Positions 1-13,546 of a stretch of DNA of 64,000 nt are shown one piece after another (within the stretch, counting starts at the first letter, position 1; each line of letters opens with the position of its first letter). Below the pieces are notes generated by a model, which worked only from the letters and a program-made list of their open reading frames with translations, had not been told where the DNA came from and did not search any database. This stretch comes from the human T2T-CHM13v2.0 reference genome, Homo sapiens. The stretch is from assembly GCF_009914755.1 (NCBI RefSeq), contig NC_060934.1; one strand, 5' to 3'. The translations under genes and the position numbers were made by a program.

Positions 1-3000
1 AAATTTGTTTAAGTTCTTTGTAGATTCTGGATACTAGCCCTTTGTCAAATGGGTAGACTGCAAAAATTTTCTCCTATCCTGTAGGTTGCCTGTTCACTCT
101 AATGATAGTTTCTTTTGCTGTGCAGAAGCTCTTTAGTTCAATTAGATCTCATTTGTCAAATTTAGCTTTTGTTGCCATTGCTTTTGGCGTTTTTGTCATG
201 AAATCTTTGCCCATGCCTACGTGCTGAATGCTATTGCCTAGGTTTTCTTCTAGGGTTTTTATGGTTTTGGGTTTTACTTTTAAGTCTTTAATCCACCTTA
301 AGCTAATTTTTGTATTAGATGTAAGGAAGGGGTCCAATTTCAGTTTTCTGCATATGTCTAGCCGGTTTTCCCAGCACCATTTACTGAATAGTATATCCTT
401 TCCCCATTGCTTGCTTTTGTCAGGTTTGTTGAAGATCAGATGATTGCAGATTTCTGAGGTCTCCGTTCTGCTCCATTGGTCTATATGTCTGTTTTGGTAC
501 CAGTACCAGGCTGTTTTGGTTACTGTAGCCTTGTAGTGTAGTTTGAAGTAAGGTAGCATGATGCCTCCAGCTTTGTTCTTTTTGCTTAGGATTGTCTTGG
601 CTATATGGGGTCTTCTTTGATTCCATATGACATTTAAAATACTTTTTTTCTAATTCTGTGAAGAATGTCAATGGTAGTTTGATGGGAATAGCATTGAATC
701 AATAAATTATTTTGGGCAGTATGGCCATTTTCACGATATTAATTCTTTCTATCCATGAAGATGGAATGTTTCTTCATTTGTTTGCATCCTCTCTTACATC
801 CTTGAGCAGTGGTTTGTAGTTCTCCTTGCAGAGGTCCTTCACATCCCTTGTTGGCTGTATACCTACGTATTTTATTCTCTTTGTAGTGATTGTGAATGGG
901 AGTTCATTCATGATTTGGCACTTATCAGTTTAAGGAGTTTTTGGGCTGAGATGGTGGAGTTTTTTAAATATAAAATCATGTCATCTGCAAACAGAGATAA
1001 TTTGACTTCCTCTCTTCCTATTTGAATATGCTATTTCTTTCCCTTGACTGATTGCTCTGGTCTGAACTTCCAACATTATGTCAAATAGGAGTGGTGAGAC
1101 AGGGCATCCTTGTTTGTACCAGTTTTCAAAGGGAATGCTTCCAGCTTATGCCCATTCAATAATGATATTAGTTGTGGGTTTGTCATAAATAGCTCTTATC
1201 ATTTTGAGATATGTTCCATCAATCCCTAGTTTGTTGAGAGTTTTTAACATGAAGGGATGTTGAATTTTATCAAGGGCTTTTTCTGCATCCATTGAGATAA
1301 TCATGTGGTTTTTGTCTTTGGTTCTGTTTATGTGATGGATTATGTTTACTGATTTGCTTAAGTTGAACCAGCCTTGCATCCCAGGGATGAAGCCGATTTA
1401 CTCGTGGTAGGTAAGTTTTTTGATGTGCTGCTGGTTTCGGTTTGCCAGTATTTTACTGAGGATTTTCTCATCGATGTTCATCAGGGATACTGGTCTGAAG
1501 TTTTCTTTTTTTGTTGTGTCTCTTCCTGGTTTTGGTATCAGGATGATGCTGGCTTCATAAAATGAGTTAGGGAGGAGTCCCTCCTTTTTAATTGTTTGGA
1601 AGAGTTTCAGAAGGAATGGTACTAGCTCCTCTTTGTATTTCTGATAGAATTCAGCTGTAAATCCATCTGGGGCCTGGGCTTTTTTTGGTTGGTAGGCTAT
1701 TAATTACTGCCCCAATTTCAGAACTCGTTATTGGTCTATTCAGGGATTCAATATCTTCCTGGTTAATCTTGTGAGGGTATACGTGTCCAGGAATTTAACC
1801 ATTTTTTCTAGATTTTCCAGTTTATTTCCATAAAGGTGTTTATAGTATTTGCTGATAGTAGTTTGTATTTCTGTGAGGTCAGTGGTGATATCCCCTTTGT
1901 CATTTTTTATTGTCTATTTGATTCTTCTCTCTTTTCTTCTTTATTAGTTTAGCTAGTGGTCTATCCATATTGTTAATTTTTTCAAAAAAACAGTGCCTGG
2001 GTTCATTGATTTTTTGGGGGGTTTTCACGTCTTTATCTCCTTTAATTCTTCTCTTAGTTATTTCTTGTCTTCTGCTAGCTTTTGGATTCATTTGTTCTTG
2101 TCTCTCTAGCTCTTTTAATTGTGATATTAGGGTGTCGATCTGAGATCTTTCAAGCTTTCTGATGTGGGCATTTAGTGCTATAAAATTCCCTCTTAGCACT
2201 GCTTTAGTTGCCTCCTAGAGATTCTGGTACATCGTCTCTCTGTTCTCATTGGTTTCAAAGAACTTCTTGATTTCTGCCTTAATGTCATAATGTTTACCCA
2301 GGAGTCATTCAGGAGCAGGTTGTTCAATTTCCATGTAATTGTGTAGTTTTCAGCGAGATTCTTAATCCTGAGTTCTAATTTGATTGCACTGTGGTCTGAG
2401 AGACTGTTGATTTCAGTTCTTTTGCATTTGCCGAGGAGTGTTTTACTTCCAATCATATGATCGATTTTCGAACAAGTGCCATGTGGCACAGAGAAGAATG
2501 TGTATTCTGTTGATTTGGGGTAGAAAGTTCTGTAGACGTCTACTAGGTCCACTTTATCCAGAGCTGAATTCAAATCCTGACTATCCTTGTTAATTTTCTG
2601 TCTCATAGATCTGTCTAATACTGAGAATGGGATGTTAAAGTCTCCCACTATTATGGTGTGGGAGTTTAGTCTCTTTATAGGTCTCAAAGAACTTGTTTTA
2701 TGAATCTGAGCGATCTTTTATTGGGTGCCTATATATTTAGAATAGTTAGCTCTTCTTGTTGAATTGCTCCCTTTACCATTATGTAATACCCTTCTTTTTC
2801 TTTTTGGACCTTTGTTGATTTAAAGTCTGTTTTGTCAGAGACTAGGATTGCAACCCCTGCTTTTTCTTTTTCTTTCTTTTTTTTTTTTTGCTTTCCATTT
2901 GCTTGGTAAATTTTTCTCCATCCCTTTATTTTGAGCCTATGTGTGTCTTTGCACATGAGATGGGCTTCCTGAATAGAGCACACTGATGGGTCTTGACTCT

Positions 3001-4075
3001 TTACCCAATTTGCCAGTCTATGTCTTTTAACTGTGGCCTTTCGCCCATTTATAGTTAAGGTTAGTATTGTTATATGTGAATTTGATCCTGTCATCATGCT
3101 GCTATTTGGTTATTTTGCACATTAGTTGATTCTGTTTCCTCATAGTTTCATTAGTCTTTATATTTTGTCATGTCTTTGCAGTGGCTGGTACTGGTTTTTC
3201 CTTTCCATATTTAGTACTTCCTTCAAGAGCTGTTGTAAGGCAGGCCTGGTGGTAATGGAATCCCTCAGCATTTGCTTGTCTGTAAAGGATTTTACTTCTC
3301 CTTCACTTACGAAGCTTAGTTTTTAGCTGGATATGAAATTCCGGGTTGAAAATTCTTTTCCTTATGAATGTTGAATATTGGCCCTCAATCTCTTGGCTTG
3401 TAGAGTTTCTGCTGAGAGGTCCGCTGTTAGTCTGATGGGCTTCCCTTTGTAGGTTACCTGGCCCTTTTCTCTGGCTGCCCTTAACAGTTTTTCCTTCATT
3501 TAGACCTTGGAGAGTCTGATTATTATGTGTCTCGGGGTTGATCTTATCATGGAGTATCTTAATGGTGTTCTCTGTATTTCCTGAATTTGCATCTTGGCCT
3601 ATTTTGCTAGGTCGGGTAAGTTCTCCTGGATAATATCCTGAACTGTGTTTTCCAGCTTGTTTCCATTCTCCCCATCTCCTTCTCATATTCTAGTAGTAGG
3701 TCCAGTCTTTTTATGAAGTCCCATATTTCTTGGAGGCTTTGTTCATTCCTTTTCATTCCTTTTACTCTAGTCTTGTCTGCATGCCTTATTTCAGCAAGGT
3801 AGTCTTCAAATTCTGATATCCTTTCTTCTGCTTGGTTGATTTAGCTATTGATACTTGTATATGCTTCATGAAGTTCTCACGCTGTGTTTTTCAGCTCCAT
3901 GAGGTCATTTATGTTCCTCTCACAACAGGTTATTCTAGTTAGCAATTCCTCTAACCTTTTATCAAGGTTCTTAGCTTCTTTGTATTGGTTTAGAACATGC
4001 TCCTTTAGCTCAGTGTAGTTTTTTATTACCCATCTTCTGAAGCCTACTTCTGTCAATCTGTCCATCTGATCCTCC
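1..4075 (-). mobile_element. Decayed LINE-1 (older primate L1PA, roughly L1PA8-13 type): most of ORF1 plus ORF2 endonuclease/RT, running off the window start
   Basis: Fragmented ORFs: ORF1-like LTEVGFRRWVIKNYTELKEHV (3877-4161); ORF2 start MMTGSNSHITILTL (2729-3097); EN (2193-2687); RT MQGWFN...[14 protein letters not shown] (1146-1379); C-terminal [14 protein letters not shown]-like (149-559). Many stops and frameshifts; no 5'UTR. Confidence 0.95.
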
Positions 4076-5058
4076 ATACTTAATGATCTTTCACCCAAAA
4101 TTCTTCTCAATGATCCGTCACAGGACAACTTTATTAGGTCTTTCATTTTTGTGGGCAGCAAGGGGTTTATCAGATCATTAGAATCAGGCAGTTATCAGCA
4201 GAATACCAATATTTTGAATTTTTCTGCTTGCCCCCGCCACCTCAGGGGTTTTTGCACCCTTGGGCAATGTGCGTGAGAGAGAGCTAGGCTTTTCTTAGTA
4301 CTAGGGCAGAAGGAATGTGTGTTAAAGGATCAGTGGGAAGGGAGACTCTGCAGGAAGTTGAGGAAGTAGAGAGTTATTCACTTAAAACTAAGTGGCCCCA
4401 ATCCCGCTGGAGAAGTTTTCACAAGTGTTCTTGGTTTAAGAGTTCCCCAACTTGAAGATCCCTGAGACTGGTACTTAATACCTACCCTAAGGATAATCAC
4501 ATTAAAAAATACAACAAAATTTGATTCAATACGTTCATGTAACTTTCTGGATTGTGTGAGCAGATATTGAAAGTAAGCCTAATTATTCTAATGTATAAGC
4601 AACAAGATACAACCCTATTTCTAAACTACTAGCCAAATCTCAATAGTATTAATGTTATTTAAAAATAACATTTGAATTGCAAATAGTACATGGCCTAATT
4701 TGAACATTCTTTGGAGCACGTTTATATCTTCTGCCTTTTATGTTGATTTAAAACATTTGCTTTTATAAACCAAAGTAAAGCAGCCTTTCAAGTGAAAACA
4801 GCATTTTACTATTAAAATAAAATCTGGAAACATACAAAAAATAATGTCCAAATGTCTACTTCATAATGTAAAACCTGAAGACATCTGATGGAGAAATAAT
4901 ATACAATAATCACATCCACTTTCCACCACCTACACAAAAAACATTTCATACAGACTGCAGTACAGTGATTTTTTTTTATGAACTAAAAGGTCAAAATTGT
5001 TTCATTTTCTCTTCTGCAGATTCTAAGTAAAAAATGACAAAATATGCATAGAGATGTT

Positions 5059-5654
5059 TGTAAACCAAAAATAAATGTCTAAGGCCCCGAACCATCTGAA
5101 TGGACCCCTCCTCTCAGCCAAGGGCATTCCAAAATTAACCTGCAAAACTACTTCAGGTCATGATGGGTAAGGGAAGCCAGGCATGCCTCATTCTGCCCTC
5201 CTCCTTTTCGGAATTACTGATAGAACAGACTCTTTAAATCTGATAAGAAACATTTACAATCTATTCTCTCTGAAGCCTGGGAGGTTCAACTGCATGATAA
5301 AACCTTGGTCCCCACAACCCCTTATCATAACTTAGATATTCCTTTGTATTGATAATAACTCTTTCAACCTGAATAACTCTTTCAATCAGAAAATCTTTGA
5401 ATCCATTGATGACTTGGAAGACCCTCTGCTTCCATTGTCCTGCCTTTCCAGATGGAAGCAATGTACATCTTGCATGTGTTGACTGATGTCTTGTGTCTCC
5501 CTAAAATGTATACAACCAAGCTGTACCCGAACCACCTTGGGCACAGGTTCTCAGGATCTCCTAAGGGCTACATCACGGGCCACCAGTCACTGATATTTGG
5601 CTCAGAATAAATCTATTCAAATATCTTACCAGTGTCTGACTCTTTTCATCAAGA
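5059..5654 (+). mobile_element. ERV1 solo LTR, MER4 family
   Basis: Begins tgtaaaccaaaaataaa...aaccatctgaatggacccctcctctc; ends ggctcagaataaatct...gactcttttcatcaa, as in recalled MER4 consensus. Confidence 0.8.
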
Positions 5655-5856
5655 ATTTCAAACTGTGCTCACACAGAAAAATAACTATTTTAGCTGCACT
5701 CATTCATCCTTGAAAATTATCTTCCACAAAGCAAAATGCTACATACTGAATGCAAAGTGTTTGGCTAAGAGCAAAATCTATCTCATCCATCAACTCCTTA
5801 ATCCTTTGAGGTATACTGTTTCTTCTTACAGATACATATTTTTTGTTGATTTTGCC

Positions 5857-6370
<514 letters not shown>

Positions 6371-7773
6371 TCATGATTAGTGCTATAAGAGTATAATATT
6401 GATTTGATAAATAGAGATTCCAAGGTTCAAAGAAGTGAAATTACTCATTCAAGGCTGCACGCACCAAATTTAGAACGAGGCTTGGACTATGAGTGCTGGC
6501 TCTACAAGACAATCAAGGCATGTCTTCAGAGGGGTTACTAAGGCAAAGTCCCTGTGCTCACACTTGCAGCCACTCTTAGCCTTCCCTTAGCTACATTCAG
6601 AAGCTGCTACCTCTGATCTCTGATGTTTGTTTACTAACAACATGTGGCATCTAAAGACTCAGTAGGGAAAGGTGACATTTCACCAGTGGAAGAGCTGTGA
6701 AGTATTATATTCTTTAGCCATTGTTCCTTTAATCACCTTGCTTCCATGACAAAGTCAGCTGTTTCCCCAAGGTACAACTCATCAGTTCTAGCTGAACTGC
6801 AAAGAGCTACCTGAAGCACAACTCTTTCAACTGTAGTTTTCCTTGTAGTATTCTGAACACTGACTTCAAGTGTCAGTCTCCTTTGGATCTTCTACAGATT
6901 CAGTCTAGCTCTTTTCAAAGGCATGTAGCTCTTCAAGTAGCCAAAATTGCTGCAGGAGGGATGCCTCATCAGGAAGCTGCACAAGATATCAATGATGCGA
7001 CTGCCTGGCTGCACAGGCAGCGCTGGCCCAGCTGCTGGGACATTGACAGGTCAGTGGAAAACGAGTGCCTAGGGTGAATGTAAGATCTTTAATTAGCATC
7101 ACAGTTCTTGCAGTCATGAAGATGGGCAAGACCAGCTGATCCACAGTGGGACTGAAAAGTACCTGCCATTTAATGATTCACACTTAATTCAGTTAAAAAA
7201 AAAAAAAAGAGGAGGAAAACTAGCAGGCATTTGTTCCACTTCACTCCACTTTTTGGTTAAAAAAATAAATTTTGAACTCATTTCTTTGGCTTTGAAGCTG
7301 GTGTGGCCTATCACTCACTTTCCTGACACACGGTTCTGATTTAGGATGCCATTCTGTTCAAAATGATCTTCACTAACTGTCATTCACAGTTACTCCTCAG
7401 TCAAGTCTAAATTCTTCAAGTTAGCATTCAAAGTCGTCTAAAATCAGTTCCTGCTATACTTGGTCCAACTTGGCCTTTCCTGATTCCCTTAACTTATACT
7501 GCAATTAACAAACTCTCTGCAGCTTCTGATAAGAGTCCCTCCGTTGTTTTACTGTCTTGCCCACGCCATTTCATGTACCTGAGAGTTCCTTTCCCACTTC
7601 CTACAGGATCCTTACTATCTTAGAGCAGAGCATTTCTTTGAAATCTTTTCACAAATTAAATGGAATCTTTCTACCTTCCAGACTCCTGTCTTATTTTCTA
7701 TACCTCTTTTGGGGGACCTGTAACTTTTTACCTAGTATTTTCTTTACCTGTGGGCACACATGAATATTTCCAG

Positions 7774-8228
7774 TGACAAAGATGCTCTTCCTTGACTTAA
7801 CTCTAGTCAAGCTTCTCTGAATTCTCTTCTCATCTAGACTTTTGGCTTTCCATATGTTAGTGTCTGCTTAGTTCAGTTTTAGCAAGACTCCTACTGGATC
7901 AGTTTAATGAAAATCCCAACCCTTTCTATTAGATCAAATTCCTTATCTCCCACCCTGCCACTCTTATCAATCTGACCTGCCTTTGGCAATAATCTTGTCA
8001 AGTCAGTTTAGCCAGAAGTGCCCCTACCCTTGACATTTCCTCTTAGTAATTTTCTATTTACTGACCTCAACCCTACTCCTTGGCTATAAATTCCCACCTT
8101 TCCTTGCTGTATTCAGAGTTGAGCTAGATCTCTTTACTACTATAAAATTCCTTTGTAGTAGCCCCCTTTGGATAAAGTCAGCTTTACTGTTTTCTTACAA
8201 GTATCATGAATAATTTTTTAATTTAACA
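7774..8228 (+). mobile_element. ERV1 solo LTR, MER31-like
   Basis: TG...CA termini (tgacaaagatgctcttccttgac ... tttaaca), internal cttggctataaattccc, near-TSD ccag/ctag. Confidence 0.75.
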
Positions 8229-9657
8229 CTAGTTTATCTCTGAGGACAAGATTACCAGCTTAAGGGATAAATGAATCTTACAGAGGAGGTAACTTAGTAC
8301 TATGTCCATGAAAGTTGCCTAATAAAAATTACTGAGTAAATGAATGAATGGAGTGAGTGAATGAATGTGTTTTCAGGCTAGTGAAAAAAAATATTTTCTA
8401 GTTAGTTGTTTAAAATTATTTTCCTTGTTATCCTTTTTGTTTAAGAGTAGACTCATTTTGTCTACTTCAGTAGCACTATTAAAATACCTTATTTTTCCAG
8501 AAAAGTAAAATTCTCGATAGAATAAGTGACTTGTAAATTGGGATTTGATTTAAGGATGTGACTAAGTCTCTTAGCTTTCAGAATTTGTTCTAAATAAGAT
8601 TTCCTTTTTCTACTCAGAATACTAATAAGCGTAATAAAAGAGCTATGGTTGATACTGTGCTTTGCAATGTAGCAGAGAACTGGCATATTCATTTCCCTAA
8701 AATTAGAGCCACGCTTTTTTTTTTTTGAAGCGGAATAAGGATTCTTACTTGCCTCCAACCCCTAGAAATGTATAATTAATGAACAAAGTCACTTAGAATG
8801 AGCTGGAGACCAAAAAGCAGTTTTTCAACTGCATAGAATAGTGTTGATCTCCAGTTGAAAAATGCTAGACAAAGGCAATTTCGGGGGATTGAGGGAGGGG
8901 GTGCCTCAAGAAAGGCAACATATGCAGTTGGACAGGAGAGAATGAGAGGGATGCTGAGTTGCCATAGTAACATTACGGAAGGGAAATGAAATTGCATGGG
9001 GTTAGTAATATTTTCCAATTCCCTTGATTTTTAAAGCACTCACATAATGAACAAGTTTCCCTTGGGCAGAATTCTAAAGCAACACAAACTGGCTAGTCCA
9101 GATCTCATATTTCATTTTAGTGACAGTAATCTTATTAGTGAGGAGGGGAACTGCACGTTACTCGCCGGACAGAATGCTCTCATGTTAGCCTAAGAGCAAA
9201 TCCTTGTACATGCGAAGGTCAAAAGACTTTCCGGTCTGATTTTTCTGAAAAGCATGAAGCAGGATGTTAAGGCATCACACCTAGGACTATGAAACCAGAA
9301 TGTGTCTTTAGCAGGTCAAATTTGCTCAGTGTCACTGAAGTGACACAAATTCGTGGTTTGGGAAATATTTTCAAGAAGAGACATATTTATTTTGATTTGT
9401 ATCCTTTAGGATACTCTTTCTTTTCTTTTTCACCAGCAAAATAAATAAATAAATACAAACTCCTCACTCTAGAGAAAGAAAAGGAATTCAAGCAGAGAGA
9501 ACTCTGCAGATAGATCATGGCTGTAGAACAGGATATAATCTTTAATTAAAAACTGAAAACAATGAAAAAAATGTAGAGAGTCCTTCAAGAGAAGAGAGCT
9601 ATGATGATAGTGAAAGATAAACTAAAGGGCATCACTTACAGTCTAATAGCTAAGCTC

Positions 9658-10106
<449 letters not shown>

Positions 10107-10109
10107 TGA

Positions 10110-10325
10110 TATAGGCACATTATAATTGTGATCTTATTTAATCTTTGCAGCAATTCTATGAGAAAAGCATCAGTAGCTACATTTATAGATGAGAAAACTT
10201 CTCCAGGGGATTCATATACCTACTCAAGGTCACATGGCAAGTACATAGAGTAAATAGATAGAATTAGAATTTACATTCAGGATTGCCTCCCTTGGAAGGA
10301 CTGGGTTCCTTCTACTATGCCAAGC
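10110..10325 (-). mobile_element. MIR SINE
   Basis: Core tttatagatgagaaaact...caaggtcacatggcaagt. Confidence 0.7.
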
Positions 10326-10938
10326 AACCTCTTCAAAAAATATAAGCAGTCAATGTTCTATTTAAGATTAAGAGTTCATTTCTGCCTTTTATATATAGGA
10401 GGGAAAATACATTAATTAGCTTCCTTGTTCTACTGCCATACCGCCTATATGTTTAAATGAAAATAAGGTAAAATCCTTTTGTGTCCTCTCTACTTGGAAA
10501 ACTACAGCCTTCATTCTGAGACTAGAACACACCCTTATGTTATTTGTATTGTAGTTTTCCACTCTGTTCTTTGTGTTTATTGTCCCTCGTTGCTTGTCTC
10601 CTTTTGTGCTGGAATTATTTAGTATACTAATCATTGAAACATCATATATATCATTGGCTGTCTTCTGATTTTTTTAGTTAATTTTTTTTGGGGGGATAGT
10701 TGTTTTATAAATTAAAATGTGTATCTTTAACTTACTAGTGTGAATATTATAATATTACAAATTGTAATTCCTATAATGTAATAAGATAATTGTATATCAT
10801 ATATATTATATATAATAGAGAGTGTATATAGTATATATTATATATAATATAGAGGATATAGTATATATCTAAATAGTATTTACTGTAATATATATTATAT
10901 ATTATATACTATATGTGGTAATATATAGTATTATATAT

Positions 10939-11270
10939 GTAATACTATATATACTATGTATATATACTATATTATATAGTATATGTAATACTATATATAC
11001 TATGTATATATACTATATTATATAGTATATGTAATACTATATATACTATGTATATATGCTATATTATATAGTATATGTAATACTATATATACTATGTATA
11101 TATACTATATTATATAGTATATGTAATACTATATATACTATGTATATATACTATATTATATAGTATATGTAATACTATATATACTATGTATATATACTAT
11201 ATTATATAGTATATGTAATACTATATATACTATGTATATATACTATATTATATAGTATATGTAATACTAT
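10939..11270. repeat. 46-bp AT-rich minisatellite, about 7 near-perfect copies
   Basis: Unit gtaatactatatatactatgtatatatactatattatatagtatat starts at 10939, 10985, 11031, 11077, 11123, 11169, 11215 and 11261. Confidence 0.95.
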
Positions 11271-11364
11271 ATAATATAGTAAATTATAGAATAAATTATA
11301 GTATAATATAGTATAACATATATAACATACTATACAACATATAATATATAACATACTATAAAAT

Positions 11365-11600
11365 ATAGTATATATACATAGTATATATACTATATATATA
11401 CATATACTATAGTATATATACATAGTATATATACTATAGTATATATACATAGTATATATACTATAGTATATATACATAGTATATATACTATAGTATATAT
11501 ACATAGTATATATACATAGTATATATACATAGTATATATACATATACTATGTATATATACATAGTATATGTATATATACTATGTATATATACTATATATA
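11365..11600. repeat. 27-bp/13-bp AT-rich tandem array ending in an 80-bp perfect palindrome (11516-11595)
   Basis: ctatagtatatatacatagtatatata at 11407, 11434, 11461 and 11488; palindrome centred on gtatatatac 11551-60. Confidence 0.93.
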
Positions 11601-13250
11601 ATCAAAAGCAAAAGTCACTATATATTATATATAGTATAGATAATATATCATAATAAATTATAGTATAATATAGTATAACATAATATACTATATTATATAG
11701 TATATATAATACATAGTATTCATTATATAAATAGTATATTATAAAGTAATATTAATATTACATATATACTGAATTAATATACCACTTTATGTATAACAAG
11801 AATTCTGCCATATTATAATTATATTTACACTGTTAGTTTTATCTTTTGTGCTATAGCATATATTTTATTTCTACATACTATTACATATCATAGACCTCAC
11901 AATAGATTGATATTTTGCTTCAACAATTGACTTTTAAAGAACTTAAGAAGAATAATATTTTATTGTATCCACATATTTCCTACTCCTAGCTGTTCTTTCC
12001 TTTATGTAGATCCAGTTTTCTTTTTGGTATCATTTCCCTTAGATGGAAGAAATTTCTTCAGTATTTTAGTTCGTCTGGGCCTGATGGTAACAAAGTTATG
12101 TCAGCTTTCGCTTGTATGAAACAGTCTTTGTTTTGCTTTTATTATGTAAATATAATTTTTAGTAGATATAAATACCTTTTTTACTAGATATTTATATCAA
12201 TCTATGTAAGTAGATTGCTAGATATTTTTCATTCAGAACTTTAAAGGTGGCCCATCATTTTCTGACCTTCAGTGTTTCTGATGAGAAGTCAGATAACATT
12301 CTTATAATTGTCTTTCCCATTCATGATATGTCTTTTTCTCTGGCTACTTAAATTTTTTTCTTTTTGATTTTTTGACTCTTTGTGTGATATGACTCTGTGT
12401 GGTTTTCTTTGTATTTATCCTCTTTGGGGTAGGCTAAGATTCCTTGATTTGAGTGCTGCAGTTTATGATCAAATTTGGAAGTAAATATAAACTTATTTTA
12501 TGCCCCATTCTCTTTCTCCTTTGCCTGTTGGACTACATTGTATAGATTTAGTCGACTTGCTATTATTCCACAGGTTACTGACATAGCAGTGTATTTTATT
12601 TTTAATCTTTTTTCTTTCTGTGCTTTAGTATGGATGATTTCTATGACTTGTGTTCAAGTCCTCCAATTTTTTTCTTCCTTTGTATTCAATCTGTTATTTA
12701 TCCCATGTAATGATTTTTAAAATATTTCTGATACTGTGTTTTTCAATCTTAGGATTTCCATCTGGTTCTTTCCCCCGCATTATACTCGTTTCTCCTATAG
12801 CTTAACATATTTATCTTAGTTATTTTAAATTCAGCAAATTTCAACAGTGGAGTCATCTGTGGGTTTGTTTCTATTATCTAACTTTTCTTTTGACTGTCGG
12901 TCATATTTTCCAGTTGACTTTGTTTAGTAATTTTAAAATTACATACTGGGTATTATGTATGATATGTTATAAATAATTTGGAACTTACAGCAGCTTGGTT
13001 TTGTCCAGAGCTGATGACTTTTCCCAGCAGAAGGCTTAGTCCAATGCATGCTATTCCATCATAACTTAATGCCAGAACTCTCATATATTTGAATAAAAAT
13101 AGGATATGTGACCTCTGCATATTACGCCATCATAGTTTGTATTTCTTTCTATCATGCACCACTTACGAATATTTCTTCTATGAATACATGAGAGAATTCT
13201 TGACTTTCCAGTTGGTAGATACTGAATAACCTACTATAAAATATGATTTT

Positions 13251-13546
13251 GGCCAGGTGCAGTGGCTCATGCCTGTAATCCTGCACTTTGGGAGGCCGAG
13301 GTGGGCGGATCACGAGGTCAAGAGTTCGAGACCAGCCTGGCCAATATGGTGAAACCCCGTCTCTATTAAAAATACAAAAATTAGCTAGGCGAGGTGGCGT
13401 GTGCCTGTAATCCCAGCTACTCAGGAGACAGGTACGAGACTCACTTGAACCTGGGAGACGGAGGTTGCAGTGAGCTGAGATTGCACCACTACACTCCAGC
13501 CTGGGCAACAGAGTGAGACTGTGTCTCCAAAAAAAAAAAAAAAAAA
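13251..13546 (+). mobile_element. AluS element (antisense to ANK3)
   Basis: ggccaggtgcagtggctcatgcc... with an 18-A tail. Confidence 0.95.

Larger units (their letters stand above)
10420..12980 (-). mobile_element. Ancient L1M (ORF1/inter-ORF region) relic interrupted by an AT-rich satellite block
   Basis: T-rich strand with L1M-like motifs such as tttctgatgagaagtcag and tttggaagt. No intact ORF. Confidence 0.55.

Noticed and set aside
149-4161. Endonuclease/reverse-transcriptase ORFs as a novel or active RT system
   Set aside because: Fragments of one decayed, promoterless L1 with many stops and frameshifts.
8883-8901. G-rich patch as a G-quadruplex
   Set aside because: Only three G runs; not a canonical G4.
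10939-11270. Regularly spaced repeat resembling a CRISPR array
   Set aside because: No unique spacers, head-to-tail units, eukaryotic intron, no cas genes.
11202-11543. 113-aa Y/I-rich ORF
   Set aside because: Translation of the AT-rich satellite; not a gene.
13152-13508. Alu-derived ORFs (also 15696, 25345, 29968, 31972, 35283, 57471 and others)
   Set aside because: Generic Alu translations ([13 protein letters not shown]...).
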